Origin: a virus
DNA: 64,000 nucleotides
IMG/VR virus record: IMGVR_UViG_3300044655_002046
Direction: 5' to 3' (one strand)
Made by a program: the position numbers and the translations under genes
The notes under the pieces: model-generated
What the model was told of the DNA's origin: nothing
The model's input: only the letters and a program-made list of their open reading frames with translations
Database searches by the model: none
Shown here: one piece after another, positions 10,110-19,055 of the stretch
Layout: each line of letters opens with the position of its first letter
How positions within the stretch are numbered: position 1 is the first letter of the stretch

Positions 10110-10298
10110 ATGAAGCTTATTGCAAACATGAACACTACTACAATTAGATATTATGCTAATTTTTACGCAGGACAATATCGGAGTTCTAAGCAAGAATCTG
10201 GAGAAAATGTACAGAAAAAACGTGACACTTTATACTCGAAAATCAAAGAGTATAATAAAATTTTAGAACAGCGTGGACTTGAAAAAGTAAAGGTGTAG
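10110..10298 (+). CDS. Hypothetical protein
   Basis: ORF track; near-identical leader AATGAATCGAGGAGAAAATT-ATG. Confidence 0.65.
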   Translation: MKLIANMNTTTIRYYANFYAGQYRSSKQESGENVQKKRDTLYSKIKEYNKILEQRGLEKVKV

Positions 10299-10305
10299 GT
10301 ACAGA

Positions 10306-10470
10306 ATGATGACAAATTCAGAAAAGCGACTATGGAGTATAATCTTTCGGATAACTATTCTGGTTTATATAGTAGTTTCAACGGCTTTATCGCTAGAATT
10401 TATAGATTCTCATAAAGACTATAAGGCTAATTTAAGGTCTATCATACAGTACTGTTTAGACAACAAATGA
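10306..10470 (+). CDS. Small single-pass membrane protein (54 aa)
   Basis: Hand-translated MMTNSEKRLWSIIFRITILVYIVVSTALSLEFIDSHKDYKANLRSIIQYCLDNK*; below the track cut-off. Confidence 0.55.
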   Translation: MMTNSEKRLWSIIFRITILVYIVVSTALSLEFIDSHKDYKANLRSIIQYCLDNK

Positions 10471-10480
10471 AAGTGTAATC

Positions 10481-10642
10481 ATGGAGAAAGAAACTAAAAA
10501 AGTGTGGAAAACCTTATCAAATCAGTATGACATTGATAAGAACAAAGGACTTGTCAGAGGAACAGAAGAACAAGAGTCTGCTAATAGACTCAAAGCATAT
10601 TTAGATTATTGCAAAAAACACCTAAAGGATTGGAGACAATGA
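10481..10642 (+). CDS. Small hypothetical protein (53 aa)
   Basis: Hand-translated MEKETKKVWKTLSNQ...HLKDWRQ*; ATGA overlap with the next short frame. Confidence 0.5.
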   Translation: MEKETKKVWKTLSNQYDIDKNKGLVRGTEEQESANRLKAYLDYCKKHLKDWRQ

Positions 10643-10815
10643 GATACAGAATCAGGACAATAGATAAAAAAATAAGCCTTGCAGAATTAGAACATCTATG
10701 CACAAAAGCCGACTAATGGCTTACTTAGAAGCTCTAAGTCGCAACGGACATCATAGCATCGTAGTAGAGGAAACAGTAGGTATTTCCTAATAATTTCACC
10801 CAACAGGAGTAACAA

Positions 10816-11214
10816 ATGGACATACAGCTAGTAGCGGAAAAGCTATTCAATTTCTGTAAAGAAAAATACCCAGACTTAGACTGGAATTTTGATTTTACGG
10901 ATAATGACTATAAAATCATTCAATGCTTAACTTTTTATAATGACAACATAGAGATTAAATATGGTATTTGGGCGGGATTAGACGGACGACTCAAATGTGT
11001 TGAGTGGCAAAATAACCAAATGGGAAAGTTTAAAATTTGGATAAATCCTCCTACTGAAGACATGAGTGATCGGTATGAAGACTATATACGGTTTCAAAAT
11101 CTTGCCTATGATAGACATGAGCTATGGAGTGCAGAACATTGGGAATTAGTTAGTCAACACCGAAAAGTAATGCTAGATATTTTTAACTTCATCCTTGATG
11201 AAATTCAGGAATAA
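10816..11214 (+). CDS. Array gene A1 (conserved ends, variable core)
   Basis: AGGAG RBS; ends RKVMLDIFNFILDEIQE, identical to A2. Confidence 0.75.
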   Translation: MDIQLVAEKLFNFCKEKYPDLDWNFDFTDNDYKIIQCLTFYNDNIEIKYGIWAGLDGRLKCVEWQNNQMGKFKIWINPPTEDMSDRYEDYIRFQNLAYDRHELWSAEHWELVSQHRKVMLDIFNFILDEIQE

Positions 11215-11268
11215 AAACATTACTGGACAGAATATCTGTCCAGTAAATTCACCTAATAGGAGCAACAA

Positions 11269-11673
11269 ATGGACACATGGCAAATAGCTTACAAAATATT
11301 AGAGTTTTGCCAAGGAAAATACCCAGATTTAGAGTGGAATGTAAGTAAATTAAATAGTGAGTGTACGAATAAAACCGTAATTTGTGGGGTAGATTTTCCG
11401 TTTAAAATGACTCTAGAAATTGGCTCAGACAAAAGAGATGAGTCTTCTTTTTATAAGGAAGAAACTACTGACGATTATATAATCGGTCATTTTGACTTGG
11501 TTAATAAAGGTTGGCTGGGGACGTTTGGTATCGGTCTAAATTGTAATAAAAAAATAGATTTTCGTAGTTTCCCAGTAACAGAGTGGGATAAAAAAGACTG
11601 GGACTTGCACAAACAATATCGAAAAGTAATGCTAGATATTTTTAACTTCATCCTTGATGAGATTCAAGAGTAA
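11269..11673 (+). CDS. Array gene A2
   Basis: AGGAG RBS; shares a KYPDL.W N-terminal motif and the C-terminus with A1. Confidence 0.75.
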   Translation: MDTWQIAYKILEFCQGKYPDLEWNVSKLNSECTNKTVICGVDFPFKMTLEIGSDKRDESSFYKEETTDDYIIGHFDLVNKGWLGTFGIGLNCNKKIDFRSFPVTEWDKKDWDLHKQYRKVMLDIFNFILDEIQE

Positions 11674-11719
11674 AAACAATACTATTTTGTCTAGTAATTT
11701 CACCCAACAGGAGCAACAA

Positions 11720-12133
11720 ATGGACACATGGGAAATAGATGCTTACAAAATGATAGAAGTATTAAAACAAATCGGAGTTTTTTGTGATAATGCTTATAAA
11801 ATGGCTGATTACTCAAAATGGACTCTTAAGCTAAGGCAAATAGATGTTTTCACCAATTTAGTATTAGAGGGCTCTATTAATATTCTCTATCCAAACGAGC
11901 TAAAAGGAAGATACGATGTTTGGGTTGAGTATCGTTCCAAGTCATCTAAAACTCTAGTAGTTAGGGTAAAGGGGACAGCCACCTGGTATAATTGGGTTGA
12001 AATAGATTCGATTAAAAAAGAGTCAAAAAGTGAAGGAGACAACGAAACCTTAAATATTTTGATTCCAGAAGCAACAAAGATAATGGAGACTATTTTAGGC
12101 TTTATTAAAACAACTGAGGTTACAGACACTTAA
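11720..12133 (+). CDS. Array gene B1 (A-type start fused to a B-type body)
   Basis: Likely ATG at 11720 after the repeated CACCCAACAGGAGCAACAA leader; MDTW start, then MIEVLK; C-terminus shared with B2. Confidence 0.7.
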   Translation: MDTWEIDAYKMIEVLKQIGVFCDNAYKMADYSKWTLKLRQIDVFTNLVLEGSINILYPNELKGRYDVWVEYRSKSSKTLVVRVKGTATWYNWVEIDSIKKESKSEGDNETLNILIPEATKIMETILGFIKTTEVTDT

Positions 12134-12137
12134 AACA

Positions 12138-12470
12138 ATGGCAACAAACGAAGAACTAGGACTTCCGCCTAAAGGAACGTATCCAGCTAAGGTAATTAAA
12201 GTTATCGATGATTTTAAAGTAGTAATAAACCGTGGTGAATTAAATCGTATCCGAATAGATGACTCCCACTTGGTTTATTCAATTACAAACAAGCCAATAT
12301 ACGACCCAATAACTAGAGACTTCATTGGTCATCGTATCCTTTATAAAGGGTCGGGAATGGTTATTTCTGTTGAGGAAAATACCTCTATTATTCAAGCTTG
12401 TAGTAATTCTCGATATGACTGCGAGAAATTTATTAATGTTTGTGTCGGTGATCTAGTTATTTGTATTTGA
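12138..12470 (+). CDS. Array gene C1, hypothetical
   Basis: ORF track; a truncated second copy of its start occurs at 12989. Confidence 0.65.
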   Translation: MATNEELGLPPKGTYPAKVIKVIDDFKVVINRGELNRIRIDDSHLVYSITNKPIYDPITRDFIGHRILYKGSGMVISVEENTSIIQACSNSRYDCEKFINVCVGDLVICI

Positions 12471-12477
12471 GGCAAAA

Positions 12478-12984
12478 ATGATAGAAGTATTAAAAGAAAA
12501 ACTACTAGAAGAAATCTCTGATTTCTGTAAAGAAACTTTTAAGCAGCCTAAAAATTGGAGTCTTGAAGCGCAGAAGCTCGGCGCAAGTTCCTACGACAAG
12601 GATACCAATACTTTCGAGCATTTATATAGGGAGCTTGTCTTAAAAGGCGTGATTTTTGTTGTTTATCCTAGCGAATTACTACAAGGAGTTTTTCCTCCTG
12701 ACATATTACTAGGAAGATATTATATTTCAATTAAATATCTTTCCAAGCCGTCCAACATTTTAAAGACTAAAGTAGAAAGTTATTTGACACAAACTCAGAT
12801 GACTATGTTGCTAATAGGAGATTATCACCGAGAAAGTAAAAGCTGGGTTCAGCTTATTTCAACTAAAGAAGAATTAGATGTTGCGGGAGATAACGAAGGT
12901 TTAAAGATATTGATTCCAGAAGCAACAAAGATAATGGAGACTATTTTAGACTTTATTAAAACAACTGAGGCTACAGCCACTTAA
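12478..12984 (+). CDS. Array gene B2
   Basis: Starts MIEVLK and ends ILIPEATKIMETILDFIKTTE, as B1 does. Confidence 0.7.
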   Translation: MIEVLKEKLLEEISDFCKETFKQPKNWSLEAQKLGASSYDKDTNTFEHLYRELVLKGVIFVVYPSELLQGVFPPDILLGRYYISIKYLSKPSNILKTKVESYLTQTQMTMLLIGDYHRESKSWVQLISTKEELDVAGDNEGLKILIPEATKIMETILDFIKTTEATAT

Positions 12985-13015
12985 AACAATGGCAATAAAT
13001 GAAGAACTTAGAATA

Positions 13016-13062
13016 GGCAAGAGGTAGTTAAATATGTGTAATTAATTATCTCTAGCTACTTA
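13016..13062 (-). repeat. MITE-like cyanobacterial repeat, right (inverted) copy
   Basis: Reverse complement is TAAGTAGCTAGAGATAATTAATTACACATATTTAACTACCTCTTGCC; it forms the right boundary of the insertion. Confidence 0.65.
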
Positions 13063-13063
13063 C

Positions 13064-13093
13064 ATCTAATAGAATATCGCCGGGATAACTCAT
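13064..13093 (-). pseudogene. 5' part (MSYPGDILLD) of the split phage ORF
   Basis: ATG at 13093 preceded by CAGGATACA; cut by the repeat at 13062. Confidence 0.45.
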
Positions 13094-13211
13094 TGTATCC
13101 TGTATGCCCGGTGTTATTTGTTCAGTTGCTAGCCTAAGTTATATCACGGGAGACCTGAGTCTGGTATTTGTACAGCCTTAATAGATATAGCGTCAGAGCT
13201 ATACGCAGGTG

Positions 13212-14027
13212 CTAGCAGTATACTAGATGTTGTCCTATTACTCTCATCAGTATATTACCAGAGCCTAGACGACCACAACTTATATATAACTCATGTGAAT
13301 TACCTATTATGCTCGCTACGCCTCCAATTTCCAGCGGCCTATCCAACCATACTAGAAATGGCTGCGCCTTAATATATTCATCGAGGACTACATCACTAGC
13401 TGGCTTTGCCTGTTTCTCCCTACAACTTACATTAGGCCTGGGGGTTATAGTGCGGGCTGTAGTACTGGTATTATTAGTTATACCAAATACACCATTGTCA
13501 GTAGAGTCCCCTATTTTATACGACACTATGCAGTGTAGATCCATTGGATAGTTAACAGTGTATGCCTCAGTTGGATAACCTATATAATTAAACACATAAC
13601 CATTCTGATCTGGCACACCTGAGTTCAAGCGTATTTGTAGTATACCTAGGCCCGCACTAGAGGCTGCCATATATACGACTCGCTCACCTGTCAAGTTAGG
13701 TAGGACATATGGGTTCTGCACAGGAACAAATGGGCCGGGCGTAGTTTCATTGTGAGGATATACTCCTGCTATGCGTAAGTTGTTGTCAAATACTACACGA
13801 GTCTTACCATCACTAGCAGTAGTTGTAATGGCTCCAGATATAAGCTCTCGGGAAGGTATGCGCGCGTGGAACCCCATAACATTAGGTAATACTTCATTAT
13901 TAGCAGCACCTAGCGCTGTGTCTAGAAACTCTACTAATTGAGAACGCGTGATATCTATACCAGGACTGGGTCCTGATTTATAACCAAAGTATGTTATGCC
14001 GCTTATTGTGTTTATTGGAGTAATCAT
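13212..14027 (-). CDS. Putative tail-associated/receptor-binding protein; homologue of 56878-57813
   Basis: YFGYKS...FLD N-terminus and PFLVW...GNILMRV C-terminus are mirrored in 56878-57813. Confidence 0.55.
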   Translation of the reverse strand: MITPINTISGITYFGYKSGPSPGIDITRSQLVEFLDTALGAANNEVLPNVMGFHARIPSRELISGAITTTASDGKTRVVFDNNLRIAGVYPHNETTPGPFVPVQNPYVLPNLTGERVVYMAASSAGLGILQIRLNSGVPDQNGYVFNYIGYPTEAYTVNYPMDLHCIVSYKIGDSTDNGVFGITNNTSTTARTITPRPNVSCREKQAKPASDVVLDEYIKAQPFLVWLDRPLEIGGVASIIGNSHELYISCGRLGSGNILMRVIGQHLVYC

Positions 14028-14127
14028 TGTAAGTACGTAGAACAGAATACAAGTGCAACATTTAACCTAAACAAAGTTAAGTATTGCTACTCAAACCTTG
14101 AAAAGTACGGCATCATCTCGTAGGTGG

Positions 14128-17100
14128 TTAGGGGACAGGAATGACATTAGCGCCACTGATCCCAAATCCACTGGTGATAAACAGTCCGAAAATATTATCA
14201 TCATCGCTTGGGTTCACTGTTGCTAAGCGCAAGAAAGTATCTCCAGGCTGGATAAAAGGAGTGGCACTAGCACTATTGCCAAGAGCAAGGTTATAGTATT
14301 CGTCGTCCGGATTATTACCATTAGGTACAGCGGTTGGGTTGACATTGGCGGGGTTATCACCTATCCCCCCCACAGTTATCAGATTCCCGTTTACTGAATT
14401 TTGACCAGTAGTACGGTCATTCGCCCCTCCCGCACTCGAGGTTAAAAGTCGATTATTGGTTGAGTTGGTAGTTACGTTAATAATAGTAGTTTGCGGCTGC
14501 CCTGCGGCTGGCTGTCTACTATAACTAATGGCGAGGGAAACCAAAAAATCCCCGCTAACGTAAGGACTAGCAAAATTAAACTGAACTGTGTCTCCCGTCG
14601 TAGCAAGTTCGCCGTCTAAGATAACTGAGGTAAAACCTTGGGTAGAAGGATTGCTGTAGGCAACAACAAGAGCCGCACCATCGTTGGTTAGGTTTGGAGA
14701 GGGCGGTCCATTCTCAACGATACTAAAGTTTTGGAGTCCTCCGGTGAAAGCAGAAGCGATGATACTGGTGACATCCCAACGGAGGGTGATAGCTTGGTTT
14801 TTATCGGGACCAAGAATAATTGATGATTCTCGGGGAAGTGTATTCCCATTAAAAGTTACTCCGTAAACTTGTTCTAAATCCCAAACGGAAGCGGCGTAAA
14901 GATAAGCTTTCAGAATAGTAGAGCCCGCCGGTATATCAGTTTGAATAGATCCACTATTAGTTGTGCTTCCGAAACCGTCGGTAGAAAGGGCAGCATTGGG
15001 AATGATTTCAATAACTTCAATGATTTCTGTCGGCCTACTGGGTAAAACCCCAGGGCAATATATAGCAGATTGGCTGACTTCAATGATTTTTATCGGTCTA
15101 TTGGGTAAAACCCCAGGGCAATATATAACAGATTGGTTGACTTCAATAATTTTTATCGGTCTATTGGGTAAAACCCCAGGGCAATATATAGCAAATTGGC
15201 TGACTTCAATGATTTTTATCGGTCTATTGGGTAAAACCCCAGCGCAATATATCAACGATAATTCATATCCACAGAAGTCAAATCGACCTGCGAGACAACT
15301 CCATGGCTCTGGTGCCTCACAAATACCAAACCAGTAGCAGATATCGCACTCCTCGTCATCTGGGACTAGCGTGCCTACTGCTGGTGTATCATCTATAATG
15401 CCAGTCCCCAGTATATTACCTTCTCGTATAACCAGCACGCCGCCAGGAGCAGGATTAATTCTCTCTTCCCATCGTCCTAGTACTCCTACGCACGCTGATG
15501 GGCGGGGCATACCTAGTAGCCCTGCGCCTAGAGTGGTGCTACCGTAGGCAGGTAGATTACCAACTACGTGCAGTGCCTCTCTCCACGCCTCTGTAACATA
15601 TACTTCTTGATATCCTAATCCTGTTAGCCAGTCGAGAATACCTGATATAGTCACAGGGACCTTAGTTGGAGCCGTAGGTACTACTAGTGGTTTATTATAC
15701 GCTGCACTAATTGAGGGTACTAAGGCCCCCAGTATGTGGCCTAGATTACCTGATCTAATGGCTGTTTTACTGAATAGGCCAAAGTCTGTAGGTAGAGCCA
15801 CTCTTACGCGCGACATTGTTTTATCTATACGATAGAGATAGTTCCTATACAAAGGGCCCAGTTCATCTAGTACTCCTAGGAATGAGGTGCTGGATAGCTC
15901 TCTAGCCAGTGATAATCCACACTCTAGCGTAGGGTCATCATCTAGTAGAGTGCGGTATGTATTATTTAAACTAGCGTCTCCTACTAACTCTAGTTGGAGT
16001 GCTAGGAATGTAGAGCTCACTGTACCTGCCTGTCTTATTACATTAGTGAGGCTCGCCCGCGTCTGGCTAGGTGTATCGGCGTAGTCAACTAGCACGCGGC
16101 TTATAAGGGCCCCTAGTGTTATATCTATAGCATCAGTGCCCCAAGAGGATGTGTAATAATAGAGGCGCGCGCTCTCTATTAATCTATGGGCATGAGGTAG
16201 GTATGATCTATCTATACGACTATAGGCCAATATAGCTAGGGCTGCTGTTATAGTGCCACTAGCTGTAGGGTTATCCAGACTGAGTGACGTGCTTAGAGGT
16301 CGCGCGTCTGTCCAACCAGTAATCATTCTACCCCGGCTATCTATGCGACTCACTAGATACTCTGCTAGTGGGGCGGCCTTATCTCCGTAGCCCGCGATGC
16401 AGAGTGCTAGCAGTACAGCGGCGCATGATCTATCCCGTACCTCTCGAGATACGCGTTTATTATTGGGGCCCACCTCTATACAGTCGCTGCAGTTCTCTAC
16501 TACGCGTATCTCAGTTAATGCCTGTAGTTTCTCTGCCTCGGGGCCATATATATCGGCCTCAGAGCTCAGGCTATATACGAAGCGGGGGATACTCCCCCGT
16601 CTGCCCGGTAGACTGCCGGGATCCATTAGTTCTAGTAGGCCCGTGCATGCCCGTCTAACGTATTCGCTGACTGTCGCGTCTATTTCAGAACTGCGGTATA
16701 TTACATTAGCGTCTGGCCGTATAGATGCTCCTACCATACCTATGATAGTCCACGCTAACTCCTCAGTATCTATCGTCTGATCCGCTAGAGAGCGAGCTAT
16801 GCCTAGTTGCGCGTGAGGAAGGCCCTGTATCTTGTAGTAGCGTAATAAGAACTCTCCTGTCGTTGGGCTAACGCGCACTACCTCAGCGTACGGCAGACCT
16901 GGTATGAGGGGTGTAGTTAACTCAAGGGTACCTTGCTTCTGTGGATAGAGGGCGTAATTGGAGCGCCCCGGTGTGCCAGTGAGGGGGCACGCTACACCCA
17001 CGTTGATTACAGTAACTTTATTATCATCATCAGGTAAACCTGCTATGAAGAAGCCTCCTGTATCCAGTGGGCCTAGTGCCTGATTGCTCCATATACCTAT

Positions 17101-17283
17101 CCGCTCTACGCATTGCGTAGGGGTACAATTGAACTCCAGGCAATTGGGATCTGGTGGTAGGTCTATATTATTAACATAGCCCTCTCTATCACTAGCCAGG
17201 AATAGCTCTACCTCTCCTATCTCAGGATCAGGTATGCCTCCCGGGATTAGTAGTCGTGATAACCTATAACGATAATTAACCAA
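14128..17283 (-). CDS. Baseplate/tail-associated protein (1051 aa) with a captured bacterial surface-protein-like C-terminal domain
   Basis: Follows baseplate J. Composition shifts near 15270. The C-terminus has NLITVGGIGD...DDEYYNL...TVNPSDDDNIF motifs that I recall from PEP-CTERM-type extracellular proteins. Confidence 0.6.
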   Translation of the reverse strand: MVNYRYRLSRLLIPGGIPDPEIGEVELFLASDREGYVNNIDLPPDPNCLEFNCTPTQCVERIGIWSNQALGPLDTGGFFIAGLPDDDNKVTVINVGVACPLTGTPGRSNYALYPQKQGTLELTTPLIPGLPYAEVVRVSPTTGEFLLRYYKIQGLPHAQLGIARSLADQTIDTEELAWTIIGMVGASIRPDANVIYRSSEIDATVSEYVRRACTGLLELMDPGSLPGRRGSIPRFVYSLSSEADIYGPEAEKLQALTEIRVVENCSDCIEVGPNNKRVSREVRDRSCAAVLLALCIAGYGDKAAPLAEYLVSRIDSRGRMITGWTDARPLSTSLSLDNPTASGTITAALAILAYSRIDRSYLPHAHRLIESARLYYYTSSWGTDAIDITLGALISRVLVDYADTPSQTRASLTNVIRQAGTVSSTFLALQLELVGDASLNNTYRTLLDDDPTLECGLSLARELSSTSFLGVLDELGPLYRNYLYRIDKTMSRVRVALPTDFGLFSKTAIRSGNLGHILGALVPSISAAYNKPLVVPTAPTKVPVTISGILDWLTGLGYQEVYVTEAWREALHVVGNLPAYGSTTLGAGLLGMPRPSACVGVLGRWEERINPAPGGVLVIREGNILGTGIIDDTPAVGTLVPDDEECDICYWFGICEAPEPWSCLAGRFDFCGYELSLIYCAGVLPNRPIKIIEVSQFAIYCPGVLPNRPIKIIEVNQSVIYCPGVLPNRPIKIIEVSQSAIYCPGVLPSRPTEIIEVIEIIPNAALSTDGFGSTTNSGSIQTDIPAGSTILKAYLYAASVWDLEQVYGVTFNGNTLPRESSIILGPDKNQAITLRWDVTSIIASAFTGGLQNFSIVENGPPSPNLTNDGAALVVAYSNPSTQGFTSVILDGELATTGDTVQFNFASPYVSGDFLVSLAISYSRQPAAGQPQTTIINVTTNSTNNRLLTSSAGGANDRTTGQNSVNGNLITVGGIGDNPANVNPTAVPNGNNPDDEYYNLALGNSASATPFIQPGDTFLRLATVNPSDDDNIFGLFITSGFGISGANVIPVP
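15014..15251 (-). repeat. Tandem 63-bp repeat x4 (IYCPGVLPNRPIKIIEVSQxA)
   Basis: GGGTAAAACCCCAG starts at 15040, 15103, 15166 and 15229. Confidence 0.95.
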
Positions 17284-18256
17284 TTGGAACCACCTCTACA
17301 CTCTCTAGGACTGGCATAGTATCAACTGGTGCGAGTGGTAGTGTGCTTAACACTCGGGCTGCGCTGGCCCCTGAATTTACTAGAGCCAGACCTATACCTC
17401 TCGCTGATGGGCTAGTGAGAGGGGGGAGGTTTCTGAAGTACTGTCTTATAATTAGACCCGCGTTGACATTACCTGCTACAGCCACGCGTACATTATACGG
17501 GAATGGCCGTAGTGTCCTGACCCTGAACCCGATGCCTACGGCCTTATTCTTCTCTACAACACTACTTATCTGAAATAATGTGCGCTCATCGCTCGCGTCG
17601 GTATAGACGGTTATATAGCCGGGCGTGGGATCAGAATCAACTATAACTACTCGGCTAAGCGTATTTATTTCATTGATTATAGTCGCGCGTAGAGCCGATA
17701 GGCTGCTGCTATCCGATAAGTCCAGGTATTCAAGGACGCGTAGGCGTAGATTATCGTCACTCTCTCTATCAGTGCCATTTACAATATCACCTACGGCCTC
17801 ATTGAACGGGTTTCTATATAGGCCTACTACGCCAGTAGCGCCCGTTAAGGGATCTCGCAATGCGGTGCCGCCTGGTATGACGGCCTCGCCTGGTCTCCCT
17901 ACTGTTACAGCTACGCGTGTCTCCCCACTATTGCTTATGGCCTCATTTAGAATAATAGTTATATTATCAGGCGTCAGCATAATAGTCCCCTCAGGTACGG
18001 GGCCCAGTACCAGTGCGTAACCACTAGCTGGTGTGCCCTCTTTTCTAATTATCCCGTATAATAAGGCCATGGCATCTAACTCTACGCCGATGGCATCCAT
18101 TATAGTAACGGGCCGTGTCTCCTCGTATAGATCTACTATACAGGCGGCTATAGCTCGTAATAGGAAGTAGAGATTACTGAGTGGACTGATAGTACCATTT
18201 AATACTGTCCCCTGTAGTTTTTGCTGGATGGTACTTAATATAGTGTTTAGATTCAT
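17276..18256 (-). CDS. Baseplate J-like wedge protein
   Basis: A.G.ELDAMALLYGIIRKEGTPASG and G.DRESDDNLRLRVL motifs. Confidence 0.85.
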   Translation of the reverse strand: MNLNTILSTIQQKLQGTVLNGTISPLSNLYFLLRAIAACIVDLYEETRPVTIMDAIGVELDAMALLYGIIRKEGTPASGYALVLGPVPEGTIMLTPDNITIILNEAISNSGETRVAVTVGRPGEAVIPGGTALRDPLTGATGVVGLYRNPFNEAVGDIVNGTDRESDDNLRLRVLEYLDLSDSSSLSALRATIINEINTLSRVVIVDSDPTPGYITVYTDASDERTLFQISSVVEKNKAVGIGFRVRTLRPFPYNVRVAVAGNVNAGLIIRQYFRNLPPLTSPSARGIGLALVNSGASAARVLSTLPLAPVDTMPVLESVEVVPIG

Positions 18257-18294
18257 AAGAATACCCGTTATGTTTGACTCGCTCCTGGCGGCAC

Positions 18295-18672
18295 TTACGA
18301 AGGTGTCAATGTAGTGGTGAGGGAGCGGTTATCGTTATATACAACGTTAATGCGTACCTCGCGCGGGCCTGTTACCTGGATATCTACATCGCGTATATTA
18401 TACACAGATGGTAGGGCGCGTAGAGCGTTGGTTATAGCTATATCAGCCTTACCTATCCAGTCAAGGTTGAGAGGATCAGATAGATAATTATAGAGGGCAT
18501 TCCCCACGTCAGCGTCTACTAAACGGAAGTCGCTAGTACCAGGTACCCATATAGCTACGTGACCCAATGGAATCTCTAGAGCTCGCTTTACTAGATAGTC
18601 TCTTTCGTCTACTAGCAGTAGATCGCCATTTGTGCTGAGGAGTATATCTCCGTCTCTCGTCGCTATATCCAC
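18295..18672 (-). CDS. Baseplate wedge protein, gp25/W-like
   Basis: MDIATRDGDILLSTNGDLLLV start, size and position upstream of J. Confidence 0.7.
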   Translation of the reverse strand: MDIATRDGDILLSTNGDLLLVDERDYLVKRALEIPLGHVAIWVPGTSDFRLVDADVGNALYNYLSDPLNLDWIGKADIAITNALRALPSVYNIRDVDIQVTGPREVRINVVYNDNRSLTTTLTPS

Positions 18673-18674
18673 AG

Positions 18675-19028
18675 TTATAGAGCTATAGGGGGATAAATAC
18701 TATAGGGTAGCCCCACTATCCAGTAGTCGGTGGGCGCCGTTAACGCAATAGAACAGTAGCCTCGTCTATTATTTGCCTCTAGTATAAGCGTATAGTAGCC
18801 TTGAGTTAATTGATTATCCTTCTTCCATAGGAATAGGGTGCCCTTCTCCCCCTGTTCACTCTCTCGCTTCCATAGGCGCACACTAGTAGAGCAGGGTATA
18901 AGGCGGGGGTTGGGGCTCTCACTATAAAGAATCTCAAGCGTCAGACTATCTACGCTAGGTAGAGGAGGTGCGTATACTGCTATGCCGTAGCGTATGACTT
19001 GTGGGGCGTCTACTGGTGTTATCATCAA
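18675..19028 (-). CDS. Hypothetical virion-module protein
   Basis: ORF track; closely spaced with the next gene. Confidence 0.55.
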   Translation of the reverse strand: MMITPVDAPQVIRYGIAVYAPPLPSVDSLTLEILYSESPNPRLIPCSTSVRLWKRESEQGEKGTLFLWKKDNQLTQGYYTLILEANNRRGYCSIALTAPTDYWIVGLPYSIYPPIAL

Positions 19029-19055
19029 AAATCATAGGTTTGAAACCCCGTCCTT

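Larger units (their letters stand above)
6813..13061. mobile_element. Host-derived (Microcystis-like) AT-rich insertion, ~6.25 kb
   Basis: Abrupt composition change. Genes are on + inside a minus-strand operon. HIP1 GCGATCGC at 7532-7539 and cyanobacterial-type repeats are present. The dinucleotide AC occurs at both junctions. Confidence 0.75.

Noticed and set aside
11654-11719. Track start of the 159-aa ORF at 11654
   Set aside because: It overlaps the previous gene; the repeated leader and RBS point to ATG 11720.
10795-13015. Repeat array as a diversity-generating retroelement or integron
   Set aside because: No reverse transcriptase or integrase in the window; differences are not adenine-specific; no attC-like palindromes seen.
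6859-13061. Reading the window as a prophage boundary in a Microcystis chromosome
   Set aside because: Phage tail genes continue on both sides, the flanks rejoin into one ORF, and there is no integrase or att site. A misassembly remains possible.
15014-15251. 63-bp repeats as a CRISPR array
   Set aside because: No unique spacers; the period is a multiple of 3 and lies within a coding frame; no cas genes.
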